A stretch of 64,000 nt of DNA from Camelus ferus (GCF_009834535.1 NC_045697.1:89034001-89098000); one strand, 5' to 3'; shown: positions 1 through 14,500, counted from the first letter of the stretch. Program-made: numbers and translations. The notes: generated from the letters alone by a model not told the origin.

Positions 1-791
1 ACCCATCATTTTGAAGGTAGCAAAATGAACTCACTTTCTCTCTGTCAGTGGAGATGGAAACAATGAGAGAAAGTCATAGAAATATGCATTATTTCACTAT
101 ATAGTTTGTTAATCATGCTCACCTCTATTTTCTATTTGTAAAGATATTCGATAGCCATTTCGGTTAAGAGTAGTCCCAGTTTTCATTAGTGAGTTTTGCA
201 GCTGCTTGGAGTTCCTGGCAGGCAACACCGTTTAAGGCTGTGTAAGTCTAAAATGTTTTCCCTAACGTTTGAGTTCATATTGAAAACAGACACACTCTCT
301 TGAATGTTTAAAGCAGAATTGTTTCTAGCCAAAATTTCAGTGTCAACACAAAATACTGCAGAAGAAATCACATTTTAGTTTTTTCTTTCTTTTTTTTTTT
401 TTTGAGGATTTCAAAAATCAAGTGAAAAAGAGAGGAAGAAAGAGATGGAGGAAAAAGAAGAAAAGAAAGAAAAGAAAATTCATTACATATTTTAATCCAA
501 GCTTCATAGATTAATTTTAAGGAAATAATAAAAATCTATTAAGTTTTCCCAAGGAGGTTAATAGAAATCTAACATTTAAAGAGACTTGCTTCTAAGAATG
601 TGAAATGAACAAAACTTTTACAGAGACAAGTTAATCCTTAAGTATCATAATTCACTCTCTAGTTTCTAAGTGATTAATAGAAGAATATAATTTCAATGAT
701 TTTCTTCACAGAAAAATGGAGTGGACTAACTATCAAGAACAGTAGAAGAAATTGATCTTAAAACTACCTTGCTACTGCCTGGGTCATTGTA

Positions 792-1022
792 GAACTGATC
801 CTTAAACAATGCCAGGGTTAGAGAGGTGCTGACCCTCTGTGCATTAGAAAACATAAGTAACTTATAGTTGGCCCTCCATACATATTGTTCTTTTGTAACA
901 ATGGTTTCACATCTTTGGATTCAACCAATGGTGGATACAGTACTGCAGTGTTTATTATAAAAAATCTGTGTATAAGTGGAGCCCTACAATTCAAAGCTGT
1001 TTTGTTAAAAAAAGATCAACTG
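792..1022 (+). mobile_element. Tigger2a-type non-autonomous DNA transposon (TcMar-Tigger, Tigger2a_Art-like)
   Basis: Degenerate terminal inverted repeats (gaactgatccttaaacaat ... ttgttaaaaaaagatcaactg) flanked by TA on both sides (790-791, 1023-1024). Internal ggattcaaccaa and tataagtggagccc match the recalled consensus. Confidence 0.8.
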
Positions 1023-1480
1023 TATACAACTAAATTATGATGAAAACCTTTTAGTGTTTAAGACTAATTTTAAGATGATAACAGTAATTTTTTCCAGTTG
1101 AAGTTATATTCATATACATCACGCCTCTTAATAAAATTACGTTGGACTCATTCACTAATTGTTTAAAGGTATGGAAGTGAATATTCATAAAAGAACAGAA
1201 AACAGGCAAATTTTTACAAAATGGAAAAAAATCTTATTGAAGACAAATTCAATTTCTAAAAATTACATATTTAAAACTTGCTTGCACCATTCTCAAAAAG
1301 ATTTGCACTGTAAAGTCTGTTAATAAGATACTTCATAATAAAATGATTCCTTTTAAAGAATGTTAGTACTATTCCAAATCATGTAGTAAGAATGTCTCTC
1401 CTTAGTAACAGAAGATATAGAGTCTTGTTTATATAGGCAGTTGGCTTTTGGAAACCACAGTTAATCTTTCCTACTGTTTT

Positions 1481-1653
1481 GAAAAATTTATCTTTTCAAT
1501 TCTTATTTTTTACTTTCTTAAAAAAATTTTTTTTTGGCCAGGGGGAAGTAATTAGATTTATTTATTTATTCTTTAATGGAGGGATTGAGGATTGAACCCA
1601 AGACCTTGCTGCATACTAAGCATGCGCTCTACCACTGAGCTATACCTCCTCCC
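1481..1653 (-). mobile_element. Vic-1-type tRNA-derived SINE (camelid)
   Basis: Minus strand reads ggaggtatagctcagtggtagagcgcatgcttagtatgcagcaaggtcttgggttcaatcc (Pol III A and B boxes), then an aaataaataaatctaattac tail. Possible TSD tactgtttt on both sides. Confidence 0.9.
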
Positions 1654-2081
1654 TAATACTGTTTTAATAGAATAATGCAGTAGTCAATTTAGAATAAACT
1701 TTTTTTCTTCTTTTTAAATATAAAGCAATAATTTATTTGTTATGAAAGTGTAATGAATATGAACAGACAAGGCAAATAAAGAACTGAGATGATACAAGTG
1801 ATATGAAGTTAAGACCATGGATGTAGCCAAACATATTTGATGAGTGTAAAAATGATAAAAGATATTTGACTGTTACCGGAGAGTAATGGTCACATGCATA
1901 TTTGGATTACAGGACTTAAATATATGGAAGTTGGACAGGGAAAGAGAAGCTGATCAGTAATAAACTATAAAGCTAGGATCATTGAAAATGCCCCTCCCCC
2001 CAGTAAAAAGGGAGCAAGAAAATATCTACCTGTTGCCAAAATGAGACCAAAAGAAGCCCTGTTTCTGAGTGGAACACTTGT

Positions 2082-2115
2082 CATCATCATCATCATCATC
2101 ATCATCTATCATCAT
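2082..2115. repeat. (CAT)n microsatellite
   Basis: Directly visible catcatcat run with one interruption. Confidence 0.9.
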
Positions 2116-2784
2116 GTTCCAAATTTTGTCAACATAGGTCTGCTCTCAGATAGACCAGGAATTCTAATTTATATTACCCCCACTATATCACTCCTTTTGG
2201 GGAAACCCAACCAAGAAATAATATTGAATGTTTCTAGATATGCAATGTTCCTTGATGCTAGGAAGAAACAAACCTAAAATTTGCCTGAGGAAAGCATGCC
2301 CAACTGTGGCCCCTTGGGATTGTCACATGTTAAGTTCTCAATGGTTAAAATTTAATTCAATTATATATGAACATAAAAATATTATACATAAAAGAAAAAA
2401 TAATAGGCCACTATAAGAGACAGTCAACAGAAAAAGAAGATACTTACTTAAACCATCCTTAGGAGAAAATGGAATTATGAGATACAGAATATAAGGTAGA
2501 TCTATACAAAGCAATTTAAAGACATAAAATATGAAGTCAATAGCACTGTAAAGAGACAACCAAAATGATCGGGGGCAATAGAAAATTAGTCAAAAAGAGC
2601 TTCTAGGGAAAAAAAAAATCTTACAAAAAATGGGATAAAGGATGAATGATATAATACAGTTAAAGAGAGAATCAATAACCTTGATATTAAAGCTGAAAGA
2701 ATTCCCCAATATTCAGCATAGAAAGCTAAAGAAACAGAAAACATAGAAGAGGTGTTGAGACATGGACTATACAATGACAAGGTC

Positions 2785-3720
2785 TACTGAAATGTGCTCT
2801 AATAAGAACTATATATATGGTCTTCATCCTTGGTTCCTGGCATGGAGCACCTAAAATCTTTGTAATTTCCTGGATGACAGGATCATCATTTGTTACAATA
2901 TTTGGTTTCAGTCTCCAGTTCCTGACATAAGAGCTTCTAAGACCTTTGAAACTGTTCAGTGATGAGTATCTTTTTGTATGCTAATGAAACTTCTGGTGGC
3001 TGGGACCCCTAGATAGCTTCAGATGGGGGCTAGTCCGGAAAGACTAACTATATGGTTCAAAGTTGGTGATCTCAGCCCTACACCTGACCTCCAGGGAGGG
3101 GAGAGGGGATGGAGATTGAGCTAATCACCAATAGCCAATGATTTAGCCAATCATGCTTTAATGATGAAACCTCTGTAAAAACTCTCAACCACAGGGTTTG
3201 GAAAGTCCTTTTGGTTAGAGAACACATCCACATGCTAGAAGGATGGTGAACCTCAACTCCAGGGGACAGAAGCCCCTGTACATGGGATGCTTTCAGACCT
3301 CACCCTATGTACCTCTTTTATCTGGCTGTTCATCTATATCCTTTATAATATTCTTCATAATAACTCAGTAAGTTTAAATAAATGTTTCCCTGAATTTTGT
3401 GAGCCATTCTAACAAATTATTAAACTGGGGGATTGTAGGAAGCCCCAAGCTTTGTAGCCAAGATGGACAGAAGTGTAAGTTCTCTAGAGACCTATTTACT
3501 TGGAACTGGCACCTGAAGAGGGAGGTGGTCTTGTGGGACTGAGACATTAACCTGTGGGGTCTGTGCTAAGTCCAGGTGGTGAGTGTCCAACTGAATTAAA
3601 TTGCTGGGCACCCAGCTGGTATCTGCAGAGAACTGGAGAATTGGTTGGTGTAGGAAAAACAGATCAAAACAAGCATTTGGTGTCAGAAGTGTTTTGAGTA
3701 AAGGAAGTAGCTTTCTTTTA
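2785..3720 (+). mobile_element. MER21-family LTR
   Basis: Typical MER21 blocks gacctccagggaggggagagggg, atcaccaatagccaatgattta, ccctatgtacctct, ggtcttgtgggactgag and catttggtgtcagaagtg. Confidence 0.8.
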
Positions 3721-4134
3721 CCTGCATAACTGTAGTTGGAGTTACAGAAAGAGAGAAGAGAGAGAATGACACACAGACAATATTTGCAAAATTAATGGCT
3801 AAAATTTTCCAAAATTAAAGCCAAAAATTTGATCCCAGAGAAAATGCAACACAATCATCTGAAGAATAATAATTCAAAAGAAATCCACACCTAAGCTCAT
3901 CAAACTGAAACTGCAGAATGTCAACAAAGATGTGAAGAGCAGCCTGGAAAAAAACAGGGCATCTCATCTGAAATAAATGAAGCGCATGTTGCAGGAAGGT
4001 TTCTCACCAGTAACATCAAAACATAGAACTCCAGAATTCTGTGGAAATGTATACACCTGGACATTTGTATCACAGAAAAATCATCTTTCAAGAGTAGCTG
4101 CAAATGAAAAACTTTGTACATTTGGGCATCATCC

Positions 4135-5239
4135 TTTAGAACACTCTATGTAAATCAACAGCTGTATATCTGTTACCCAGAGACCAAGAGGTGAAAATAT
4201 GATTGATACTTCTCACCTTTATGCAAGCAACTTATCTGTTATCTATGGTTATCATCGGATAACTTTGGACTCCTCATGTTGGTGGACCAGAAAGCAAGGA
4301 ACAAACTTACTATAATGGCAGGAATATTCAATTCTGATATCTTAAGGATCAATGACTCCTGCTACATAAAGAAGGAACCAGAGCACATCATGTTTCATTG
4401 ATTCCCAATGAAAACAATGAATGTGCAATTTCAGCAACTGTGGTTTGATCAAGGGAAGGCAATCAAGCACTCAAACTTCTCTGGGATGAAAGACTAGGTC
4501 ATCTCACAGTAATGAAACTTAGATTACTGTAAGTTTTGGCTAAGGAAGGGGGTATCTAGAATGCATATTGGAGGACAGAAATTATGAATATCAATTATGG
4601 TCATGTAAATAATTGCAGGTAAAGGAATAGAAGCATGTTGCACTAACCTTCATGTATTAGGATTTTGAAAAGATTACCGGCTACTACCATGAATACTCAG
4701 CAATAGCAAAGACTTAATTTAGGTCATAAATGTACTTGGTTGATGCGAAGGGTGTACTGCACCTCAGATTTCAGTTATGGCCATGGTGGATAGTTCTGTA
4801 CGTAGACTGATACTCTTCTTGCCAAAACCGGCCCACTTAAAGAATGTGCTACATGGCTTCATCTTCTGCCTGGGTCCCCTGCAATGTCATGGCCATTAAT
4901 GGAAACATGTTAGACTGTGTAGGAATCACTGAGAAATGCGGGTGAGTTAATACTCCTGTAGGCAATCCTTGGTTAAAGGACAGGATAGCTGATGTGTGGT
5001 CCCACCTTGCATCCTTTAGGCAGCTACTTCGCACAGGCATTCTGTATGGTTCCCAGGGTTTCTGGGAGATCATAGCAGAAATGTGCCCCTATAACCCACC
5101 GTGGTGATTTGGATAACTTACACTTACATTGATATTTCTGCTATTCCTGTATTGGTCTCCCTGCTTCTTCATCTCTGCTGTTTGGGCTGACATCCAAAAT
5201 AAACTATCTGAATAAATATTTTACCTCAGCTTCTACTTA
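4135..5239 (+). mobile_element. ERVL-class internal 3' remnant followed by an LTR16-family LTR (about 4758-5239)
   Basis: Decayed ERVL-like internal sequence and a polypurine-tract-like aagggtgtac before the LTR. The LTR 3' end aataaactatct...cctcagcttctactt...aagctaaga resembles LTR16. Confidence 0.55.
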
Positions 5240-7002
5240 GTAAAAAATTAAGCTAAGAAAACTAATAAACTAAAAATGCCTATAGTTTAATATGAAAGTG
5301 TTTTAAAACTAATGGGAAAATACATGAATTAATTTATAACACTAAATTTGGAAACTTATATAAGACACACACTCTTAAAAAAACTGAAACAAGAAGTTAA
5401 CCTCCTGATGTTTTATACTTAGAAAAGGATTGATTGAATGATTCATTTAAAATTCTTCCATGAGAGGGAAAACAAAAGCAAAACAGAAATAGCCTGTCTG
5501 GGTCTGTCAAAATATTAAGAATACTTTTGAAGAGCCTGTCAAAATATTAAGAAAGAAGTAGAAAGAAAACAAAGAAATAATATATTTTTCAAATTTGTTA
5601 AACAAGTTGGTAAAACCCTGACACCAAAACCATACCAAATTCTCTTAAACCATGTTCTTTTCATCAAGTACTTTGATTACTAATATAACTTTCCATACCA
5701 GCATATTAAAGAAGGAAAAAATCATGTGTTTATTTCAGTAGACTCAACAAAAGCATGAATAAATTTCAACACCTATTCATCATAAAGAGTTAATAGAAAA
5801 CTACAAATAAAAGAGAAACTTCTTGAACTTATAAAGGATAATTACTGAAAACCTAAAGCAAATATAATACCCAACTGAATTGATGAAACATTTAAAGCAT
5901 TGTCTTTAAGGTCAGAAATATGTGTCCCTACTACCCCCAATTTTATTCAACATAACACTTCAGGTTTCAGCTAGCATAGTAAATAGGAACAAAAAAGATA
6001 CAAAATAAGAGAGTATAGATAAAGAAATAAGTTAATATTTAAATTGATGCAATTATATTTAGAAAGCCAAAATAGCCACAAAAAAGTTATCAGATTTAAT
6101 ATTATATTTTAGCCAGTGTGTTTACAATGCTTATTACTGTAAGTTATTATCAATGATTCTGCATTGTTACAAGTAATTTTATTAAAATGTATACTATTAG
6201 TCAGTGTCATCTAGAACATAATTGCTTCCCAGTGGAACTTATATTTTTTGTTGTAAATAAAAATAAAATATTATATAATGCCTTCCATCATTTTAGCATG
6301 TATAAGTTATTTGTCAGAAAAATAGTCTGCCACAAGGATTCTTTTTATAAAATAAGAATTGAGAATGTTGAACAAAAAAAGAAGTTATTCTTTTTATTAA
6401 ATAGTAATTATGAATATCAAACAAGAAAGGAGAAACACCAATGAGTTTTTTAAGAATCACAGCAAAATTCAGTAATTTTTCAAATGTATCTATAAGTAAA
6501 AAATTTAATATATTTAAAATTCATAACTGCTGCAAATGTTGATGTGATAGTTCTACTAACAATGTTTCTTAATATAAAACACAATCAAATATTTTGTTGT
6601 TATGAGTGAAAATAACATCTCTGAGAATATGATGCATAGTTAGACAACACTAGGTTATTATATAATATCACTAAAACTTAAAATATATTTGTGACTGCTC
6701 TAAAGTTCTTTTTAATAATTACTATTTTCCTCCTTATAGAGGAAAACACTAATTATTTTCCTCCTTTTCCTTGTACTGAAAAAGGAAGTGATGGATTATG
6801 CCAGGCATCTCCTCCTACCTTTCAAATAAACAATTTTACAAAATCAAGGGGTTTTATTTTTGCAAATTTTTTTGATATTGATAGGAAATCAATTTGGAAT
6901 TGATAGGAAAGGATAGTGAATGAAAGAGAAAAATAAGATTTGGAAGAAAAATGTAAACATAAAAATGGGAGATGAAAGTATTAGAGGAAGAAATTGTATA
7001 GT

Positions 7003-7510
7003 GTGTAAGAAACCGTGTTTTCTCCTCTCCACTCTGCTTCTTCCAGCAAGCGCATCTTCCAAATGTCCTTAGCGATAAAATTCTGGATGCAAATTACATT
7101 CACTGTGCAAGAACTTGGCAGATGAAAGTCAGACAGAAACCATCTTGTGGCAGCCAGGTCACAGAGAAGCCTGGGCTCTGTGGCTCCCGGGGCCATGCAG
7201 CTAGTGGCCCCAGCATTGTGATGTGAGGGGCAGGTGTGGTCTCAGTTGTGATAACAGCAGCAGTGAGTTGAACCCTGAATTGCAAATAGGGTGCTGTGGC
7301 CATTAGCTCAATCATTCAGTGGTTGTCTTAGCTTCTGCTTCTCTAGAACCCTGTATTTTTATGTGCTAACTTTCCTTGATATATCTAGACCGGGTACCCA
7401 TGTCCTCTGCTAATTCCTTGCCAATTCAGGGAGAGGGTGACATCCATCTGCTTGCTTAATTTCTCTTTCTGTTAAGTAGTCATGGCTTATTTTCTTTTCC
7501 ACTGAACCTG
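7003..7510 (+). mobile_element. LTR33-family (ERVL) solo LTR
   Basis: ttctggatgcaaatta...cactgtgcaagaacttggcagatgaaagtcagacagaaaccatctt matches the recalled LTR33 5' part. Confidence 0.6.
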
Positions 7511-8737
7511 AGGCACCTTTTTCAAAGGAGGGACAGTCTTTCTCAATAATATATATCGGAAAATGTTTCAGCTAATGCTGAATTCTACACCTCCGCAAAT
7601 TCCTAAAATTATAACTTTGTTGTTCTTATGTAAATGCAATTAAATACAAAGCCAAATTTAGGTAAAAAGGAAAGCAGTAATATCTTAGGCATTGTCATCT
7701 CTTGGTCTGGTGATCTGCCAGATTTCAGCACGTGTCTGCCAACTATTCATCTCTCTGTGTGCCACGGCTAATGCATTTGCCAAACATTCCAGGTGTCAAT
7801 TGCTTACTTATGCTTTGTTGGAAAGGATAAAAAGAAACACACTAGGAAATATTGCCAATTAAGAAAAATAGCTTTTTTAATGGGGACGTATTATTTTCTC
7901 CTTAAATTCCACTGGGTACTTAACTTTCAGATTTTCATATGTTTTACAGATTCAAAGATGATTTTCCAGTTTGGCATGTGCATAGTTTGGCCACATTTGA
8001 ATATGCGCATAAAAAAATAAATTTACTGGACAATCAATCTTGGTTTCTGCCATGTCATTGTCCCTCTGTGGGAAACCGCTCCATCTCTACTACAGGCTGC
8101 GTAAAGCCACGGAGTGACCCTGTTCAATACCTCATAGTCCACCCCAAGAGCCACACATGGTAGGTTCACTGTGGACAGCTGACTCAGTGACAGATAACAG
8201 AATGTTACCAAGTATCTTGGTCAATCAGATATTCTTTCTTAAGAATTTGAACTAGTCTAGTCCATTAGTAGCTGGAAAGAAGACCAACAAACTGAAGCAG
8301 AGAAAGTTGAAGAATTAACCTTGTTCAATTTTTTTTTACATTTTGATGGTATGACTTGAAAACTGCTCTTAAACCACTTAAACAACACAGATTACCAATG
8401 AATCAGATTCTGAATATAGTAGACATTTTAAAAATATAATTTCACTGAAATAGGCCTTGGATATTACTCTTGTATTCAGGATTCCAAAAAACCCTTATGA
8501 TTTGGTTCACAAGAGTCACAGTACAATTTAAATTGTTGCCATTGATTGGCATAAGATCTTAACTCCATATTCAGAATCCATCATAGTGTCTCAATTACTC
8601 ATCTAGATGGTGCATGATAATATAGCATTTTACATCATATGCATAAAATTTATTTATTAGAAACCATGCTTATGTACATGAGATATCAGATATAATTTGC
8701 ATATATTTTAGTTTCTGACACAAAATGTATACATGTG

Positions 8738-8740
<3 letters not shown>

Positions 8741-8780
<40 letters not shown>
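8741..8780. repeat. (AC)20 microsatellite
   Basis: Directly visible. Confidence 0.97.
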
Positions 8781-8787
<7 letters not shown>

Positions 8788-11522
8788 GCCTGTTTCTGCA
8801 TTGCTTTTGGTTATGCCATGTCTTCATGTCACACCCATAATTCTCGGTACACTGCAGTACATACTATATATCTCACATTCAAATTAATGATAGGCTGTGG
8901 CATCAGTTATCATTCAAATGGAATATATTTTATTAAATGATACACTTCTTTTTCTCCAAAAAGTCTGTCTATTCATTTAAGCATACACAACAAAGAGTTA
9001 CATGGAAGCTACAGGATTCCAGCCTAGGCTGCCAGATCAGCTTAAATCAACTCTGGAAGGAAATGGAGTGACAGTTGTCCAAGCTAGATCACACTTATAT
9101 TCTCATCAAGTTAGTTAATCCTGTTTAACCAACTGTTATTGTGAAGAGTAAAAAGGATCCTACCTTCCGGCAGCTCCCAGTATGGTTTGGAAAACAAAAA
9201 CAAATATAATCCAATGCAGGCTACAGTAAGAATTAAAATAGAATTACAGACAAACTACAAACACAGAACAAGGGAAGAAAAAATCCCTTTTGACTGCCAA
9301 TATAGGCAAAGGCTGGGAAGATGTGTGCCTTGAATTTGACTTTATAGGATATGGAGGACTTCGTTGTTTTAAACTTTGCAAGCAGATTATGCATTTTAAC
9401 TCTACTGACATACACTATTTCAGTTTTCACTTAACTTTTTTCTGGTTGGCCTCTCTCCTATATCCTTCATATATTTTTAGATAATCCAAAATATTATAGC
9501 ATATATGCTTTCCCCCATATCACAGAATCCCTCTTCGTTTGATAATTAGCTTGTAAATTCCAAAAAGAGTTTTAAGATATTTATACTCTGCTTCCTTCAT
9601 ATTTTTTCATGGTTCACTTCAAGTTTTTGGTAGAAAGCATTATTCTAATTTCCTCTAAATTACTATTAATAAAGTGACCCATATACCAAGCAATTTGTAC
9701 ATAGCTCTCATTGCCAACTTTGATAAGTGATATTTGATTCACAATTCCTAGACCCCCTCTATGTATGTTCTATACATTTTTTGTAATTTTTTTAGTTCAG
9801 TGTGTTGTTATGAGTCAAGAGTTTTGTAGTAATCACAAGGCGTGTTCCCTCTGGTGCTGTAGCCTGTGCTCATCTGCGGCAAAAACGAGAAAGAGTAGAT
9901 GCAAAGCGAAAACTGCGCTCACTCCCGCCAGGGCACTGCTCCCTGTTATTTGCTGTTTCAGTCAAAAGAGATGGAGACCTGAACTATTCAGATAATTTCC
10001 CAAATGGTAGCATTTTAGAATGAAACAAAATGTCACACTCTAATATGTCATGCAGAAAGAGTCTGTCACTCTTTGCCTAATTTACCAGATGCTGAATAAT
10101 ATCACGAATTCTTCCCAGATATAATGATGCCCTTTAGCTCATTACTGTTGCAGTACGTCAGGGACAATCATAGAATTATCCCTAAACTATATTGAACTGA
10201 ATTTTAAATTCAATTATGCTGCAAGTTTTATCATCACGGATAAAATACTCATTTTCTTTAACTGTGTTTTACAGTCTTATTATGAAGGTCCTAAAGCATT
10301 GCTTTGTTCCCCTTGGGCATCTTACCTTATTATGTTTGTATGGTCTTTCCTCCCAATCCTATTTCTTATTATTATTAATACTGTTTAATATATGCTAAAT
10401 GGTAATTTAGTGGTTTAATAAATTTTAGAAACCTCCCTGAGCTCCTCATTACTACCAGAGAGGAACTGTTTAGAAAAGAGTAACACTGATGTGTGCTCCA
10501 GTCTAGAAAATCCCCAGCTGAAAACTAAGAACTGAACATAATGTAAACACAAAATAAATGCTTGATCTTTAAGAAAAGTTTCTTCCAGATTTTTTTTTAA
10601 TCAATAACTTCAGCTTTACTTATGTACATTCTTAAGCACATTTCAGAAAACAGCTCACTGAATAAACTGCACTGGTGTGGAAAGTTAAATAACCACTCTT
10701 TGGTGAGGTTATTGGAAATGGCTCTGTGCTAACCTTGGTTTGTCAGGACTTCAAATGCTCCTCCAACACATATAAGGTCAGAAGATAAAAAGAGTTTTGA
10801 TTGTAATCTGACTTACAGGTAGGTCCAATGAAACTCAAAATTACCCTGGTATCATTACTCCCATTTCTGAGTATAATTGAAGTGAATTTTCTGAGCAACG
10901 GCAGAATCCTCATACATTGCCTAAGTGGAGTTCATTGTTAAGTCTGCCAACATAAGAAAATTGCAAATCAAAAATAAATGAAATACATAGTCTATATAGG
11001 AAAAGAGAGTACAAAAAAAAGAAATATAGGCTATGATAAAACTCCCAAACTATGAAAATACGATGTATGATAAAATATATAACTTTATGGTTATATATAA
11101 AAATTTTTAATAATGTTATATTTATGATACTGAGATATCATTCTATATATTTTTGTCAAAATGGTTGTTGCATATGCTTTTTAGACAAGAAAAAATTCAG
11201 GAAAGAATTTAAAAGTTTACTAGAATTTAGGTTGAAACTGAAAAAAATTAAGAGTTTTCTGTAATAGTTCTTACAGAATTGATAAAAATTCAGAGGAGAT
11301 ATTTGTGTTTTGTTGAAATTGTACATAACTTTATACAGTGTGAGAAATGATAGGGACTTTAGAGTTCATATAGGCATTTTAAAGGCTTTGAATGATAAAG
11401 GAGAGATTAGAATTGCATCTTTTATATCCCAGCTCAATTTTCTTCCCTCATATTATAATGCTCTTCAAGGAACAAGTTTAAGGTAGGTCAGAGTCAAAAT
11501 TAAATAAAGATATAAAAACTAA

Positions 11523-11526
<4 letters not shown>

Positions 11527-11553
<27 letters not shown>
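11527..11553. repeat. (AT)n microsatellite
   Basis: Directly visible. Confidence 0.95.
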
Positions 11554-11558
<5 letters not shown>

Positions 11559-14500
11559 GTTCACACACGTACACATGATTGAAATGGTTGTATATAATAG
11601 CAATGGAATAGAAGTAATTCTACGTGATTAATGGTTACAAGTAAACAACAGTAAGTTGACACCCTGGAAATCTGTTCATTCTCCCAAGCGTCATTAAAGC
11701 CATTGCGAATGTGTGAGTGTGTGTATGTGTTTAGGGGAGTTTATATTGCTTTATTTTAATCATTGGGTCCATCAGTTGATAACTGTCCACATATAAAAAG
11801 GCTCAATTATCTTGCAATCGCTGATTATTGAATAGAAATGACAAAACATGTATTCAAATACTTTAGACATATTTCTAAAATTAATTATGATGTTTTGATT
11901 TTCCTTATTTACAGTTGACTTCCTAGCAAACCAGTTATCACAGTAAATTTGTAGGGACAAAGAATGTGGACTCGACTAACAGAAGATAATTCTCCAGGCA
12001 GTGGTTTCTTACTGCTAGTCATGAAATTTCTTTCAACTGTCAGAACATATTCATGTGCACCAATATTGTAAACTTCTAAGGAAGGAAACAACTTTTGACA
12101 GTTTTGCTGACATGTCTCATCTGATTTAACCAAATATATCAGAATAACCAAGTCACTACCTAATTTTTATTTATTTCATTGATGTGAAGACTCTTTTATA
12201 ATAATAGAAAAAGCTAAACCTATTGAGACTATTCTGGAAAAAAAAAGGCTGACAAGATTATACTAGTTTGATAAATAGGTTATGATGTTTAGAAATAATA
12301 CCTTCCTTGCTGAATTTTCTTTAAATACAACATGTGACATAACAACTTTATTGTTCCTAACATGTAACATCTTTCCAAAGCATAGGACCCAAATTATATT
12401 GCATACTCAACCCAATTTTACATTCTCTATCTATCTTTTTCTTTAGAACAAGCTTGTTACTGAAAATAAGAAGCAAAATAATTGTAATACATTTGTAAAT
12501 TTATCTTCTCCACATGCATTACAAATTTTTCAATAAATGTTTTATGATTTTCATTTTTATCTCTACTTTGTAATTCTAGTGATAAAAAATGCCTTTTTCC
12601 TGTAAATAAATACAGTGTTTTCTAGTAAATTATAAAACTAAATCATACATTGCTTAATCCATTTTGATCAGTAAGTGATGATGTTCAGAATAATAATATC
12701 TTCCTTGTTGATTCCCTCTATATATACGTGTGAAATAATTTTAATGTTCCAATGAAGTTTCTTTCCAGATCATAAAATAACACAATTTGTATTGTGTGTT
12801 AGATCTAATGTCATTTTTCCATATTTCTGTTATAGGAGCAATTATAAATTATATATGAAGAGTCCATTAAAACCAACAAACTAGGCTTTTCCAGGAAGTA
12901 CTAATCAAAGTGTAAAGGCAAGAAACTATAGCCCAGATTCAAAGGTTCTCTGAGGGAATTCCAATATTGCTTTCCATTTGATTTTACTGCAAGTTTTATG
13001 GTGGTTCAAAACTAAAAAACTGTGAATTTGATAGCATTCTTGAAATTTTCAGAGAACAATATACAATAGCTATTTTAAGTCATTCTTTCATTGTTCGTAA
13101 TTCTAAAGTCATAAGAAAGTATTTTTTTAGAAATCTCTAAAACAGACTGTCTTTCATGTTTTTTTAATCTTTCCAAGATAAGATGGCTGGATGTAGGATC
13201 AGAAGATATTTTAAATAATGCATAAACTTTTTAGAATAAATAATTTTCGAGGCAAACTAAGAGTAGACAAACAGATGCAAGGTAGAAATAAGTCTTTAAA
13301 TGTTAACTTAAAAATCTGGCTCAAAATGAGAAATTCAATTCACATTTCTACCTTTCTTCTTCCAAAATCCTATTGACATAAGGATATAGTATGTATGTCT
13401 ACCATTGGGCCAAATATGTTATAGTGAAAAGAACTGGAATTAAATCACATATAAATCAGAAAAAGGTATCCTCCTCACAGGGAAAACTGAGGTGGAGATG
13501 GGACTCACTCTTTCTCAGGCAGAGACTCTTCAACTTGAAATCTAAGGCCAAACTTCGGGAAAGCAAAAACCAAGAATCTCCTCAAGAACTCTAAGACACC
13601 AGTGGGAAGTTCAGTCACTACCCTACTCTTCTCCCCAGTCCTGTGATTACGAAACCATTGGCAACAAGATTGCTCCTAAGCTCACGTCAGGCTAAGCTCT
13701 ACTCTTAAAACAACAACAAACCCAACCAATTTTCCTAAGGAGAGCCAAGGCACACGTCCTGTGGCCTTTGAGTACTTTCTTATTTTGACTTGGGGGTTGT
13801 AATGTGAAGTGATGAAGGGAAATCCATCTGCTTTCTTCTTGTAATTTATTATGATGTGAAGCTGTTGCATGTACATAACAGAACTTTCTGTCAGTGCTTC
13901 CATTCAAGGGAAGGGAGATAGGCAGGGAATGTACAGAAATGAAGCAGAGGAAACATAACCTAAATAGTAACCTTTAGAGAGTATGCCTTGTGGGAAGGAG
14001 GGAGGGATAGGAGATCATGTGACTCGTTTTATTGGCCATAAACATATATTATTTTTATAATCATAATAATAATTCATATTGGAATGGTAAGTACAGGGCA
14101 TAATTATGCTATAAAAACAAAATGAAAAATATCTCTCTTTGTATATATTTTATAATGTAAAACATTGACTTTGCAAAATCATCTGCTCAAAAGCAGGATT
14201 TCTCACCTTACAGATCTCAGTTATAAAATGAGTTGCATTTTATTAGCAAGTATGATTTTACTGCCTGGTTACAGCTGTAATGCAGGAAATGATGACATAC
14301 ATATTTAGAGCAAATATTTAGAGTATTTTTAAAGCAAGCGCATAAGTTTTACACACAGAATGTGCATAATTATGTGGTAATAACCAGAAAGAATATTTCC
14401 TGGCAATTAAGCTCTGATAAAATAACAAAAAAAAGTCACATTACCTTTGCCAATAGGCTACATTTAGTATCCCCGGAAATGTCTCCTCATCAGTAGTGAC

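Larger units (their letters stand above)
2380..6130 (+). mobile_element. Ancient fragmented L1M (ORF1 and ORF2 remnants), interrupted by two LTR-element insertions
   Basis: 3735-3815 is a decayed ORF1 G-V-x-E-x-E-E-R-E...IF..IMAENFP motif. 5720-5785 is a decayed ORF2 NHM.ISIDAEKAFDKIQHPF motif. A-rich sense strand with many stops. Confidence 0.7.

Noticed and set aside
5504..5553. 18-bp direct repeat ctgtcaaaatattaagaa as the TSD of an insertion
   Set aside because: Only 14 bp lie between the copies and there is no poly(A). It is a local slippage duplication in old L1.
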